A stretch of DNA of 32,766 nt from Corallochytrium limacisporum Hawaii (lineage: Eukaryota > Protista > Pluriformea). Position 1 is the first letter of the stretch, and each line of letters begins with the position of its first letter. Both the position numbers and the translations under genes were made by a program. Shown here in pieces: positions 1 through 9,707 of the stretch. The DNA is taken from the NCBI GenBank assembly GCA_002811645.1, contig PDIP01000062.1:1-32766 (forward strand), in the 5' to 3' direction. A model generated the notes under the pieces. The model did no database searches and had not been told where the DNA came from. It saw nothing but the letters and a program-made list of their open reading frames with translations.

Positions 1-61
1 AGGGAACTTGGGAGGGACGGGAGCGGGGCGGTGGAGGAAGGGAGGGGGGGGGGGGCGGGGG
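1..61 (+). repeat. G-rich polypurine tract with G-quadruplex potential
   Basis: More than four runs of GGG or longer separated by short linkers, including a 12-G run; about 1.25 kb upstream of the GT92-like ORF. Confidence 0.7.
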
Positions 62-257
62 AGTAGTTCATTCACTACGGGAGAACATTTGTTGGATTTG
101 CGCGGGGCTCTAAGTACTCCAAGCAGTCCCCAAGGCCGGGAATGATTTAACTCCCGGGCTGCACGCCCTTCTCCCACATTCCTGTATATTCAGTACTCGC
201 TGGACGGGCCAAAGGGTATGAAAGCCTGAGACACTGACACCCACAAGCCCCGCACGC

Positions 258-276
258 GTGTGTGTGTGTGTGTGTG
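258..276 (+). repeat. (GT)n microsatellite
   Basis: About 9 perfect GT units. Confidence 0.9.
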
Positions 277-1312
277 CTATATTCAGTCGCTCCGGAAGAT
301 TCTCTCACCAAGAATCATTCCAAATTTTCATACCTGGCGTTAACAGAAAAATTAGGGACCCCGCTCAGAACACAGAACACACACACCCCACTCGGCGCGA
401 GTGGGTGGTGCAACCACCACGGCCGAAGGAACGCCAGGCTTAGGAGTAGGCGGGGAAGCGCCCGGGCATCTCTGACCTCTCTCGAGAGATGTGCAGAAGG
501 GAAGGGATCTTCGGAACGGTTCTTTCGGGGCACAACACGCTGAATTCTTGCGTCGAATTGAGTCACTGTGCGGTCACCGGAACCCACACGTACGGTAAGG
601 TAAGCAAGGGAAAGCACAGTGGCAGTTGTGTGTAGGAACTGATGATGATTCTGCAGCACTCGGGTGCACACCTGTCACACAAACACGACACACATGGCTG
701 AACCGGTGTGCTCTGGGGACCTGGGGAGCCGGAAAGGAGACTTTTGCACTGTTGTCGCTCCATGCGCAGGATGTGACTCCCAGTCTAAAGCATACGGGGC
801 CAGAGGCACACACACGCACCCAAGAAAATAGAAAATAAAAAATAAAAAACAGGACCACATCTGCGCGATGATGTAGGATCACGGATCAATCGTAGGACGC
901 TCCCCACGTACAGTACGGTCCGTCCGGCCCCGGTTGGGTCCCGTAGGGACTGGGAAGTGTGGCGGACTGTGCGAAACAGAAAAGGGAAGGAAATGTTAGT
1001 AAGGGAGAACCGGCCCGGTGCACTTTGGAATTATAGATGAAGGCCGTAGATGGAGAGTGATGGGCGGGAACCAGATTAATTGGTGAGAATACCCGCACGG
1101 GGCCGGTACGGCTGCTGGGCCATGGGACGGTTGGCTGGACCGTAGAGAGTAATGCTGAAGGTACTTGAAAATTGCGCTAAGTGACAGATTGAGGAGTTGT
1201 GGATCCAGGATATGTTGATGTCTCTCTGTGTACGTGGAGAACGTGTGTTCGGGTACAGGGCGGATGCCGAATCGGCAGCATGATCTAGGAGATCTTCAGC
1301 CACCACCACACA

Positions 1313-3676
1313 ATGAGAGGACTTGCACGGCACAGGAGCCTGCTCTGTGCAGTGCTACTGATGTTGTCTTTCTATGTATTCACGAAAAGCTGGTCGCCCT
1401 CGTCGAGAGCCATCTTTGAGGGATCAAGGTTTGGAGAATTTGATGTAAGGCTCCGCGAAACTCCCAACCGGAAAAACGCCGCTGACGACTTACGCAACGA
1501 CCGGCGAACTTGGGCACCAAAACGTCAAGAAAATGCCACTTTGAGGGATGATGAGACTTTGACAGAAAACAGAGATCGGCAAAATTCCGAATATAATGTA
1601 CATCACCAGGAATCTCTACAAGAAAACAAAAAACAGTCACAAGACCGGCCAGTGGACAGACAAAAGCTGGACCACTTTAAGGGTGACAACAACGAAGCCG
1701 CAATGAACGTATACGATAACCCTCCTCTGCCGCAGGAGGAGTTAGATGACCCCGAAAGTCTGAACGATACTGGTTTTCGCGACACGGGGTCCAATGAAAG
1801 TCAACCACATGCACATTTGACAGGGACCCATTCAAACGATATTGATGGTAGCACAGGCTCACGCTTCGATAATGTTCAGACGAAAAAGCTCTGGAAGTGG
1901 AGACCGGACGTCACCATTGTGGCGCGCCAGGCATCCACCGTGCAGCTGTCCAATTTCTTGCTCAGTATTCACACAGTTAACGCGTTGGTACAGGTACACG
2001 ACGGACATACTGTGGCAGGACTGGCCCTGGTAAGCATCGAGCCGCACCGTGGCGACGACAAGTTCAAAAAAATGGATCCTGAAACTGCACAGGAATGGCA
2101 ACGTGGTATTGAATCGGAGACCTACGAGTGTCACTTCTTCTCTGAGAATGGCGAGGATGCAGGATCGTCTCGTGCGGTAGTGAACCAGATCCAGTTCCTG
2201 CCACCGCATGACAGCTCCGAATTCTTTTTGCCACGTTTCATGACTGAGTATCGCTGTGAAGATGCCGTTGAGCTGGACGACGGGTCTTTGCCTTCGTATG
2301 CGCTCTTCCGCAGGACGGACAACGAGCATGAGGATGCGGCGTCAGAAGGGATGGACGATACGGAAGATGTAAGCGCGACTCTGCTCGATTACGCAGTGGA
2401 GATCTCCGTACCAGGCGCTACTGGCAACGACGTGGATCGCAGAAATCACCCGGAGTGGTGGAATCCGCATTCTATTGTCTGTGCAGCGCCGACGTTTGGT
2501 AAGTCAACGGTGTGGTGGATCCTACAGGAATGGACAACCTATTACCGTCACCAAGGTTGGGGCCAATTTGTCTTTTACCAAAATCACTGGCGCACTCAAT
2601 TAAAGTCAGAGGGGCTGCTGGCTGACTCTGGCATGGGATGGGATCATCTCATTATGGGGTACCACCAAACTGTAGGTACGGGGAGAATCATTACTGTGAA
2701 CGACCGATCTCTGGACGGTACCAAAATACCAGAGGACATGGTGCGAACTATTGCCTACAGCGACTGTCTGATGAGAGCGAGTCTGCAGTGGGCACAGTTG
2801 AACGAGGAACGCCAGAAAGGGCCTGGAGATGCAGATCTTTCCGACGATGTCAAACATCTGGACCCGCAGGCACTGACTAGTATGTCACCCGCTGACCCTA
2901 CACCAGTGCTCTTTGTAGAACCCACGGATATTGTCACCCTGACGGATCGAACCGGTCAGTGGACCATTGGGGACCTGTTGGAAACCGTGAGGACGACTAC
3001 CGAGGATAATTCGTGGCGGATAGCCCTGCTGGATCGTGTGGGTATGTGCGTTAGCTGTGCAGATGTGCCACCTCATCGCCCTTTCAATCCACTTTTGAGG
3101 TATCCTCCCATAATTACTGAACGGTGCAAGTACCCGTTGCGTTGGAAGGTGGACCCTGCCTGGGGTTTGAGACAGCGCGGAACACCCTTACGCCGTAGGG
3201 AAGGTGTGGTCACATTGATGAAGGTCCCGGTAGAAAGTGTTTTCGTTGTCTCCGAGGATGGTCCCCTGGGCCTGGACGTTGTCCGTGATGAGGCAGAGAT
3301 CTTGACCGAAGGTAGAGCCAAGGCAGACGACATAGAGGGAGAGGAAGAGAAGGGCCTCAATATGGACACCAATGAAGACGCCATTGTATCATTGACATGG
3401 AACAATAGGGACATGACGCAGTCTGGCTATGCCATGCAGGGACCTGATTTCGCGCACATGGCGGCCCTCAACTTTGGTCAACCCCTTCAGACACTGGAAG
3501 CTATCGACGAAGAACTCGGTGTGGACAACGTACCTCCATATCGAATCCGCAATCCGCTGACCTACATGGCTGCGTACCTGGAGACCTCCTTCGCCGGCTC
3601 TGCCCCCGTTTGGGACACCCTCAGGAACCAGATGAACCAGTGGCAGATCGAAGAAATTGGCGTCGAAGGGAAATAG
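1313..3676 (+). CDS. Type II membrane (Golgi-like) glycosyltransferase family 92 / DUF23-like protein, 787 aa; DxD motif degenerate
   Basis: Long uninterrupted ORF, ATG in CACACA-ATG context. Basic N-tail and signal anchor (LLCAVLLMLSFYVF), hydrophilic stem, then GT92-like motifs: SIVCAAPTFG, ILQEWTTYYRHQGWGQFVFY (cf. l.EWi.yy...G...f.fY), AYSDCLMRA (cf. a.nDCl.R), VLFVEPTDIV (where f.DlDE is expected). Confidence 0.75.
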   Translation: MRGLARHRSLLCAVLLMLSFYVFTKSWSPSSRAIFEGSRFGEFDVRLRETPNRKNAADDLRNDRRTWAPKRQENATLRDDETLTENRDRQNSEYNVHHQESLQENKKQSQDRPVDRQKLDHFKGDNNEAAMNVYDNPPLPQEELDDPESLNDTGFRDTGSNESQPHAHLTGTHSNDIDGSTGSRFDNVQTKKLWKWRPDVTIVARQASTVQLSNFLLSIHTVNALVQVHDGHTVAGLALVSIEPHRGDDKFKKMDPETAQEWQRGIESETYECHFFSENGEDAGSSRAVVNQIQFLPPHDSSEFFLPRFMTEYRCEDAVELDDGSLPSYALFRRTDNEHEDAASEGMDDTEDVSATLLDYAVEISVPGATGNDVDRRNHPEWWNPHSIVCAAPTFGKSTVWWILQEWTTYYRHQGWGQFVFYQNHWRTQLKSEGLLADSGMGWDHLIMGYHQTVGTGRIITVNDRSLDGTKIPEDMVRTIAYSDCLMRASLQWAQLNEERQKGPGDADLSDDVKHLDPQALTSMSPADPTPVLFVEPTDIVTLTDRTGQWTIGDLLETVRTTTEDNSWRIALLDRVGMCVSCADVPPHRPFNPLLRYPPIITERCKYPLRWKVDPAWGLRQRGTPLRRREGVVTLMKVPVESVFVVSEDGPLGLDVVRDEAEILTEGRAKADDIEGEEEKGLNMDTNEDAIVSLTWNNRDMTQSGYAMQGPDFAHMAALNFGQPLQTLEAIDEELGVDNVPPYRIRNPLTYMAAYLETSFAGSAPVWDTLRNQMNQWQIEEIGVEGK

Positions 3677-3703
3677 TGGAATGGCCATTTTCGCAGTTTA
3701 TCA

Positions 3704-4068
3704 ATATATGTATATATATACGTACATCTTTAAAAGAGTGTTGATCTCTCGCGGAATTGTATTTGATGATTGTATCTGATTCTCTTTAGATTACAACTAA
3801 ATCAATTTGATTTTTTGTGATTTACAATTGATCAAGTATTGCGGTCACTGTGGCATCCTGCCCAGTTCATTCAGTACTGGAGGGTGCACCAGTGTGGCCC
3901 TGCTATCCCCAGTCCTTCCCCCCTACACACAAAAAGGGGGGGTCCAGTAGCCAGCCATTCCCGGGGTGTGACGAGGCGGCGCGCAGACCTTCAAATACAA
4001 ACTTAGGATTTGTGGACGCGTACTCTGGATGATCTCATGTATGTACGATATGTATATATGAATATATA
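3704..4068. terminator. Candidate 3'-end/polyadenylation efficiency elements (TAYRTA clusters) between convergent genes
   Basis: ATATGTATATAT occurs at 3706-3717 (about 30 nt after the GT92-like stop) and at 4048-4059 (about 80 nt after the stop of the minus-strand ORF); T-rich DNA at 3750-3830. Confidence 0.35.
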
Positions 4069-4139
4069 GAAATGTAAATTAAGCTACGGCAGTATGTGTA
4101 TGCTGTTCATGTCGCTCGCCCAAGACTCAGCGGTTGCCG

Positions 4140-5189
4140 CTAAGCAAGCAATCCGAGGCACGGGTTGTCATCATTGACGCCAAAAAGTGCGAACTCGACG
4201 CCGCGTTGATAGAAATAGTTAAGGTTATGCTCACGGATAACATCCATAATCCACTCTTGACACTTCTGATGGTGACCGTGAATAGTGGCTTTCAGTGTTT
4301 GCTCATGTTTTGAATGATGGTATCTTTCACGGGTCAACACTGGGCAGACAGTAACCCCCTTCAGTGTCTTGTCGAGTTCTTGATTGACAGTCATGATGAA
4401 GTTTTGCCATTGCTCAAGGTGCACATCATGTTCTGAAAGTTCATGAGGGTATTCCATTTCAAAGCCCTTACACATACACTTATGGTAGCATGGCCTAACA
4501 ATGTACACAGCTTCGGATTTGTCGAGCGGTTTACTTGACAAATTCAAACACTCCAAGCCTTCCTCGACAGTATACTCGGCTGCCGGATCGCGCAGAGGTT
4601 CTATGTTATCAAGTCGCAGGAGACCACTTTCCACAAGCGATGCTCGCCTTGAGCTCAGGCTCATTGATGAGGCTGTGCTGACATTCGAATTCCTTCGCTG
4701 GCTTGCTGCAGGGAATCGCCTGACTGTGCCCGGTGAGGAGACACTATTGATGGATCCACGTCTCGAGGTACTCTGTGTAGAAGAGGTACCATCGTCAATA
4801 GACATGTCAAATGACGATCGTCTCAGCTGTGCAGGACACCCTGAGGATGACGAACTGAAGCTTCTGGAAATTCCTGCCGGCCGTCTTGGGCTCAGATACA
4901 TAGGGTTTGAGTTGCGAGGTATGGAGCCCCGCCGACATTGCGGGAAGCCAGTCTGGGCTTGGTGTCCTATGGAAGGCCCCCCACATTGTATTCCAGAGTT
5001 ACTACGAGCACATGAGACAGATCCTATGGAGTCCTCATCGACTGCAGTGGCTTGTAATCCAGCAGTGCTGCTGCTCCGGCGCGCAGTGGCAGAACTCTGA
5101 TACCGCATTTTTGGCGATTGCAATGTGAGTTCGCAATCGTATATGATGATACACTTTGTACCCCTATCTGAACCCTGGAGTAGATTCAT
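4140..5189 (-). CDS. Ser/Arg-rich disordered N-terminus plus C-terminal Erf4/GOLGA7-like domain, 349 aa (the start may be the ATG at 5108)
   Basis: C-terminal GFEMEYPHELSEHDVHLEQWQNFIMTVNQEL...IMDVIREHNLNYFYQRGVEF fits the Erf4/Golgin A7 pattern F...yP.eL......e.f...i..iN and ..N...f..rG. The N-terminus has repeated RRxS motifs (RRGS, RRSS, RRNS, RRAS), the basophilic kinase consensus. Confidence 0.72.
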   Translation of the reverse strand: MNLLQGSDRGTKCIIIYDCELTLQSPKMRYQSSATARRSSSTAGLQATAVDEDSIGSVSCARSNSGIQCGGPSIGHQAQTGFPQCRRGSIPRNSNPMYLSPRRPAGISRSFSSSSSGCPAQLRRSSFDMSIDDGTSSTQSTSRRGSINSVSSPGTVRRFPAASQRRNSNVSTASSMSLSSRRASLVESGLLRLDNIEPLRDPAAEYTVEEGLECLNLSSKPLDKSEAVYIVRPCYHKCMCKGFEMEYPHELSEHDVHLEQWQNFIMTVNQELDKTLKGVTVCPVLTRERYHHSKHEQTLKATIHGHHQKCQEWIMDVIREHNLNYFYQRGVEFALFGVNDDNPCLGLLA

Positions 5190-6440
5190 GGTCTCAAATA
5201 GTTTATGTTGACAGTTAGAAGCCGGTCTTCATTGTCCGTGCAACGATAAGAGTCAGGACGTTCTCGTCGATTTCTTTCAGTCTGTTAGGTGTGGTCAATT
5301 GTTGAAAATCAATTTCCATCAATGCCCCCGTCCAAAACAAGCCGGCTAATTTGTATGTAAGTGTGCCTGCGGTACCGAAGACGCTGCTCACGAAAAAAGG
5401 AAAAGGAGGGGAAGGATGGCAAAGGGAACTCCTTCACTTGCGAGCTTCGAAACTGTGACTTTTTTGTCACTTACCTTAGCACTCGGCTCGCTTTAATGGC
5501 GCTGCATGGGGTATCCCCCCATCCTCGTGTGTGTCCATTCGACATGTTCAACTTGGCTATCCCAAACCTACGTGTGAAACCCACGCAAATCACTTGCCTG
5601 CCCTTTGCGGGAGAACCGCGATGTCCCCGTTCAAGCAAAACGGAAAGAATAATTGATATTTTCATGCCTTGAAGACACACAGTGGTGGAGAAACCGTCAG
5701 TCAAGAGGGTTCTTAGGTGCGGGTGGTATTTTGAACCCACCAAAAATGTCATCACTGTGCGCATTCAGCACTGCTTTAAGTTGGAATGGGGGTTGGTTCG
5801 GTTTGTCCGCGACACGCTGACAACGCCAAAAATACATCACAAATGACCCTCCTGGGCCATTAGTTAAGTATTGGCAGTGTGCTCTGCTACCATTTATGAT
5901 AATCACAAGATAAGTATTCCCGAGCAGTTGGGAAATTCTCATCTCCAGTTCGTGTCCATCTGCCATAGGAAGAAACACTTGCTTTACGCCTGCCCCATAT
6001 GTACTCGTCATCCCTGGTGAGTACACAGACAACTCTCTGCCGATCCGTGCTTTCCAATGACATCGTAGGTGGTCCATATGCACCAACTGCGATATCAAAC
6101 CCAGCTGGACTGGTCCCACTTTCGAACACCGAACAAAGAGTATTTTCAGGGTCTTCCGGTCCGACATTGTGCCTGTCGGATAATTGGTGTGAAACATGCA
6201 CCATGTCGACCTCGGAACCCCGTTCACAAAACTCCCCCGACTGGGAGAGTTCACTAATAATGTAGGGAACGTGGTGATCCCCTCCGGGCAGTCGACCCTT
6301 ACCCACCTATCCCGCTCAGACCAGGAATAAAAGGTGACACAGGGGGAAATTCTTGATCTTCGGCCGTGGAGCAGCAGTATTTTCCATTGCCTGGTGATAG
6401 CGGGGTTCTCTTTCCTGAATTAGTCATTGAACCGTGGAGT

Positions 6441-6678
6441 CGTTATACGGAGAATCGTTCGGAAGACATTGCGTTTTACGCCGCGTTATACGGAAACTCT
6501 TCCGGGAGACATTGAGTTTCAAGCCCAGAATCTTTCCGGGAGACTTGGAGTTTCATGGGGCGGGTTGAGGAGAATCTTTCAGGAGACTTTGAGATTACGC
6601 CGCGTTATACGGATAATCCTTCGGGAGACATTGAGTTTCAAGCCCAGAATCTTTCGGGAGACATTGAGTTTTATACGG
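6441..6678 (+). repeat. Higher-order tandem repeat: six copies of a ~26-bp core (AGAATCTTTCGGGAGACATTGAGTTT) arranged as two ~120-bp trimers
   Basis: Cores start at 6451, 6494, 6527, 6571, 6613 and 6646. Linkers: TACGCCGCGTTATACGG (x2), CAAGCCC (x2), CATGGGGCGGGTTGAGG (x1). Confidence 0.9.
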
Positions 6679-7446
6679 CCGGTAAGTAGGTGCGTATACA
6701 CAACACGAGTGGGGGTAGTGTTCAGTGGGCACCGAATGTTCATGCCCGTCGCGACCCTTTGGCGCGCCTGGGCATTTCCAAGTTGTGACCGGCAGAACTT
6801 ATCGCTCTTGCAAACCAGTGGTCGGCGAAACGGAGTGCTGATGGCTCCACCAAACGGAGACACACCTGGACCTCCCACAGCCCTCAGTACTAAATATATA
6901 GAGTTGTTGATCCATGCGATTCAGTGTTCGGTACATCCAGTTCAGAGCCGAGCTGTACTTAATATCCCACCATAGCAGAGTGTATTGTTCCACTCGGTCG
7001 CTGATGTGTGACACAATTTCTTTTTGTCGCTGACTGAATACCCGGGAGCGTAGCAATGGGATGGAGATTGGCATGCCGCAGCTGCAATTGTACTATAGAG
7101 AATAGGACCAATCATCTGATCCATGAGGAAGTTACGTGGAGCGAAATGAAGTCAGTTCGCAAAGACTACAGACTGCCGTCGGCATCGCCTAACGCACTTG
7201 TACGAGGGTACGGAGAGGTAGGGCAGGGCAGGCGAAACGCAGCAAGCATAGCGAGCGTAGAGAAGTGAGCGAGAAAGATATTTTTGTTGTAGTTAAACTA
7301 CCGTTCCTCGTTTCTCTACTCGACACTCTCCGATCGGATCTCCCGGGGGAGGAGGGGGGAGACACTCGGCGGGAAGGATCGAATGACCAAGGCAACAGAG
7401 CTAAAGTCAACTGGTCCCCCCCCTTCCCCCTCTCTCTCTCTCGAAA

Positions 7447-7464
7447 CCCCCCCCGGGGGGGGGG
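7447..7464. repeat. C8-G10 homopolymer palindrome within a pyrimidine/purine-tract region
   Basis: CCCCCCCC immediately followed by GGGGGGGGGG, with a C/CT tract to the left and AGAGGGGAAA to the right. Confidence 0.8.
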
Positions 7465-8430
7465 CACCTCAGAGGGGAAACGGGAGTCTAATTTATCACA
7501 AATGAAATTTCATGCCAGATTTTAAAGATCATCCGGATATAATTATAGACACGAGTCTGGGCGCAAGATAAAAATTTTACCGCCGGAAACTGAGAGATGT
7601 GAACGGGTGTGGTGAACAAACAAGAAACTCTCGAAAGGGGTGAGAATAAATACTTTAACTGTACTAACGGTATTCCCTTTGCGAACACCACCGTAGGAAG
7701 GATTGTTCGATTGTGCTCACCCCAAATTCTTTTCACGTCATAGTTTTGCAGCTCACGCAGGCCCGAACATGCCGCCAAGGTCGCCATTCATTCAATATAG
7801 GGCTGCCAGCCGCCGCAATAAAACCCTTCAAAGTATATGTGTGGTTCACCTCGCTCGACCGCATTCGCAACCTTGCGTTCACAGACTGTCAACGCTAGCA
7901 GAGCAAGTCTCGCTGTGGAGGGGAGTTGGAAAATGAGTGGTGGGGAATAGGGAAGTACGGTCAACGAGGCAGCGGTGCTAAAGTAGAGGTGCAGTGCATG
8001 GGGAACAAAACACGGGCCATGGTGGCAGAATGATGGAGCTCGTGAAGAGGGGGTGGTAAATCACCGTTGATAATGACATGGAGTCATCGGCAAGAGCTGT
8101 GTGACAAAGCTAAACTGTACTGTGGGCACAGACCGCTAACCAGCCCTTAGAATGATTGCCCGGGTAGTGCTAGGTACGGGTTATCTTTCCTCAAACATGT
8201 CTGAGCTTGGGCAAAGATTCTGCTATGTGTGCTAGAAGGCTTTGCGACATGGAAGATCATACTGAGACAAAATGGGAAAGCCAACGAATATGGGTGGATA
8301 TGACTTTAAAGTCAAACAGAGTGATGAACGAATTTAATGTTATGCTATTGACTATGCGATGAACAACTATGGATTGATGGAGATGTACATGGATGAGAAA
8401 CTAAATATGATACAACAATCACCACACCGT

Positions 8431-9246
8431 TTAGACGGTAATGGTGGAGGAGCGGAAGGGCTCGCCAACTTCTTGGATAGCGGGGTGTCGGTTGATGACG
8501 CAGAATTCAAGAACACCAGGCAGAGTCTCGTCCTCAAGAGCATGGTGATGCATGTGCATGCCCATGGGGTTGAAGACAGCGTCGTTCCACTTTTCAAGTT
8601 TAGAGATCATGACAGAGCGGGCCTTCAGAGCAAGCTTCCTTTGCTTACGATTACTACCGAAGAGTTTCAAGCTCTTCTTGGAGCTGCCGGAGTCGGTGTT
8701 GGAGACGTCGTGGAGGCCACTGTTCAAGTCAAAGATGAACTCCTTCCACAGACTGAGAGCGAGACCGTAGCGCTCCATCTCTAGAGGGTAACGGAACGAG
8801 AAGCCACCAGTGATGTTATCAGCGGAGCGGGGCAAGATCTTGGACATGATAGTGGTGTCGGCCATTTGCACCACAGAGCTGCAAGGAGTTGAGCATGTGC
8901 TGCCACTGCTCTGTGAACAAGTCTCAGACATCTGGGACTCTGTGCTCTCTGCATTGGAATCCTTCGGGACACCCTCAGACCAAGTGCTAGAGTTCGGGCG
9001 GCCATGGGAGACCGACATGGAAGTGGAGGGACCGATTGAGCGCATGCGTCGTTGGACGACATTGACCGGCAAGACAGGCACAGAAGTCGTAGACGCACGC
9101 AAGTTGTTCTCTCCAGTGGTCGGGGTGGCAACTACAGTGTGGCGCCGGGTCTGCTTATGAAGCGTGGCGGAACCTAAACTCTGAGTCGATGCGCGGAGTC
9201 CTGGCGAACCTGCGCCGGACTTAACTGTTGTACTTGAATACCTCAT
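8431..9246 (-). CDS. Ser/Thr-rich N-terminus plus C-terminal Erf4/GOLGA7-like domain, 271 aa; paralog of 4140-5189
   Basis: GFSFRYPLEMERYGLALSLWKEFIFDLNSGL...MISKLEKWNDAVFNPMGM aligns with GFEMEYPHELSEHDVHLEQWQNFIMTVNQEL...IMDVIREHNLNYFYQRGV of the neighbour. ATG in ACACA-ATG context; same architecture. Confidence 0.7.
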   Translation of the reverse strand: MRYSSTTVKSGAGSPGLRASTQSLGSATLHKQTRRHTVVATPTTGENNLRASTTSVPVLPVNVVQRRMRSIGPSTSMSVSHGRPNSSTWSEGVPKDSNAESTESQMSETCSQSSGSTCSTPCSSVVQMADTTIMSKILPRSADNITGGFSFRYPLEMERYGLALSLWKEFIFDLNSGLHDVSNTDSGSSKKSLKLFGSNRKQRKLALKARSVMISKLEKWNDAVFNPMGMHMHHHALEDETLPGVLEFCVINRHPAIQEVGEPFRSSTITV

Positions 9247-9707
9247 TGTGTTATAGTCTGTATCTGTTCTAAGAGTTCCTATTATCTAATAATCTTCACC
9301 GCGAGCAATCTTGTTGTTTGGCAAGTTCAATCCCTTAAGTACCGATTGGTTGGTGACGGGTGACTGGAAGGCAAAGTGCTTACATTCCCCTATGTATGAT
9401 TTATCCCCAGGGTCCCAGACGTCTAATGGCCACTTAACAACTGAAATAAATCACTCAATATGTCGTCTATGGGTCCCCCATTATCCCGCTACGACTGTTG
9501 CAGTAGCGAACAACCTTTCCCCTTTTTGGACTGTCATCCCTATCCCTTGCCTATAGTTGAGGTGGGGAGCACTTGCACTCAGGCTTTCCCCTCCCTTCCC
9601 CCCCCCCCTCCCCTTCTCCAACGCTATAATGGGTGTACTGTGTCGACACACCACACCGTTCCCGCTCCCGGTCCGTGTTTTGGTGGCCCTTCCCCCCCCC
9701 AGATCGG

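Noticed and set aside
595-1187. Possible 5'-UTR intron of the GT92-like gene (GTAAG donors at 595/600; GCTAAG..CAG at 1176-1187)
   Set aside because: Such short motifs are common, and this cannot be supported without transcript data.
4501-5100. Antisense ORFs over real genes (also 8359-8784, 19310-20245, 21479-23026, 29547-29990)
   Set aside because: Shadow ORFs caused by codon bias or low complexity of the opposite-strand CDS; no motifs of their own.
5697-6306. 185-aa and 139-aa minus-strand ORFs
   Set aside because: Non-ATG starts, overlapping frames and no recognisable motifs.
6441-6678. CRISPR array interpretation of the core/linker repeat
   Set aside because: Linkers are only 7-17 bp and are themselves repeated, the cores are degenerate, the context is eukaryotic and no cas genes are present.
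6427-6975. 182-aa ORF with RIxRETLSF peptide repeats
   Set aside because: Starts at TTG, and repeat units 2 and 3 are read in a different frame; best explained as a by-product of the DNA repeat.
9260-9270. GTATCTGTTCT resembling U2 snRNA
   Set aside because: Lacks the preceding GTGTA branch-pairing sequence and the conserved U2 5' end; it lies just upstream of a CDS start on the other strand.
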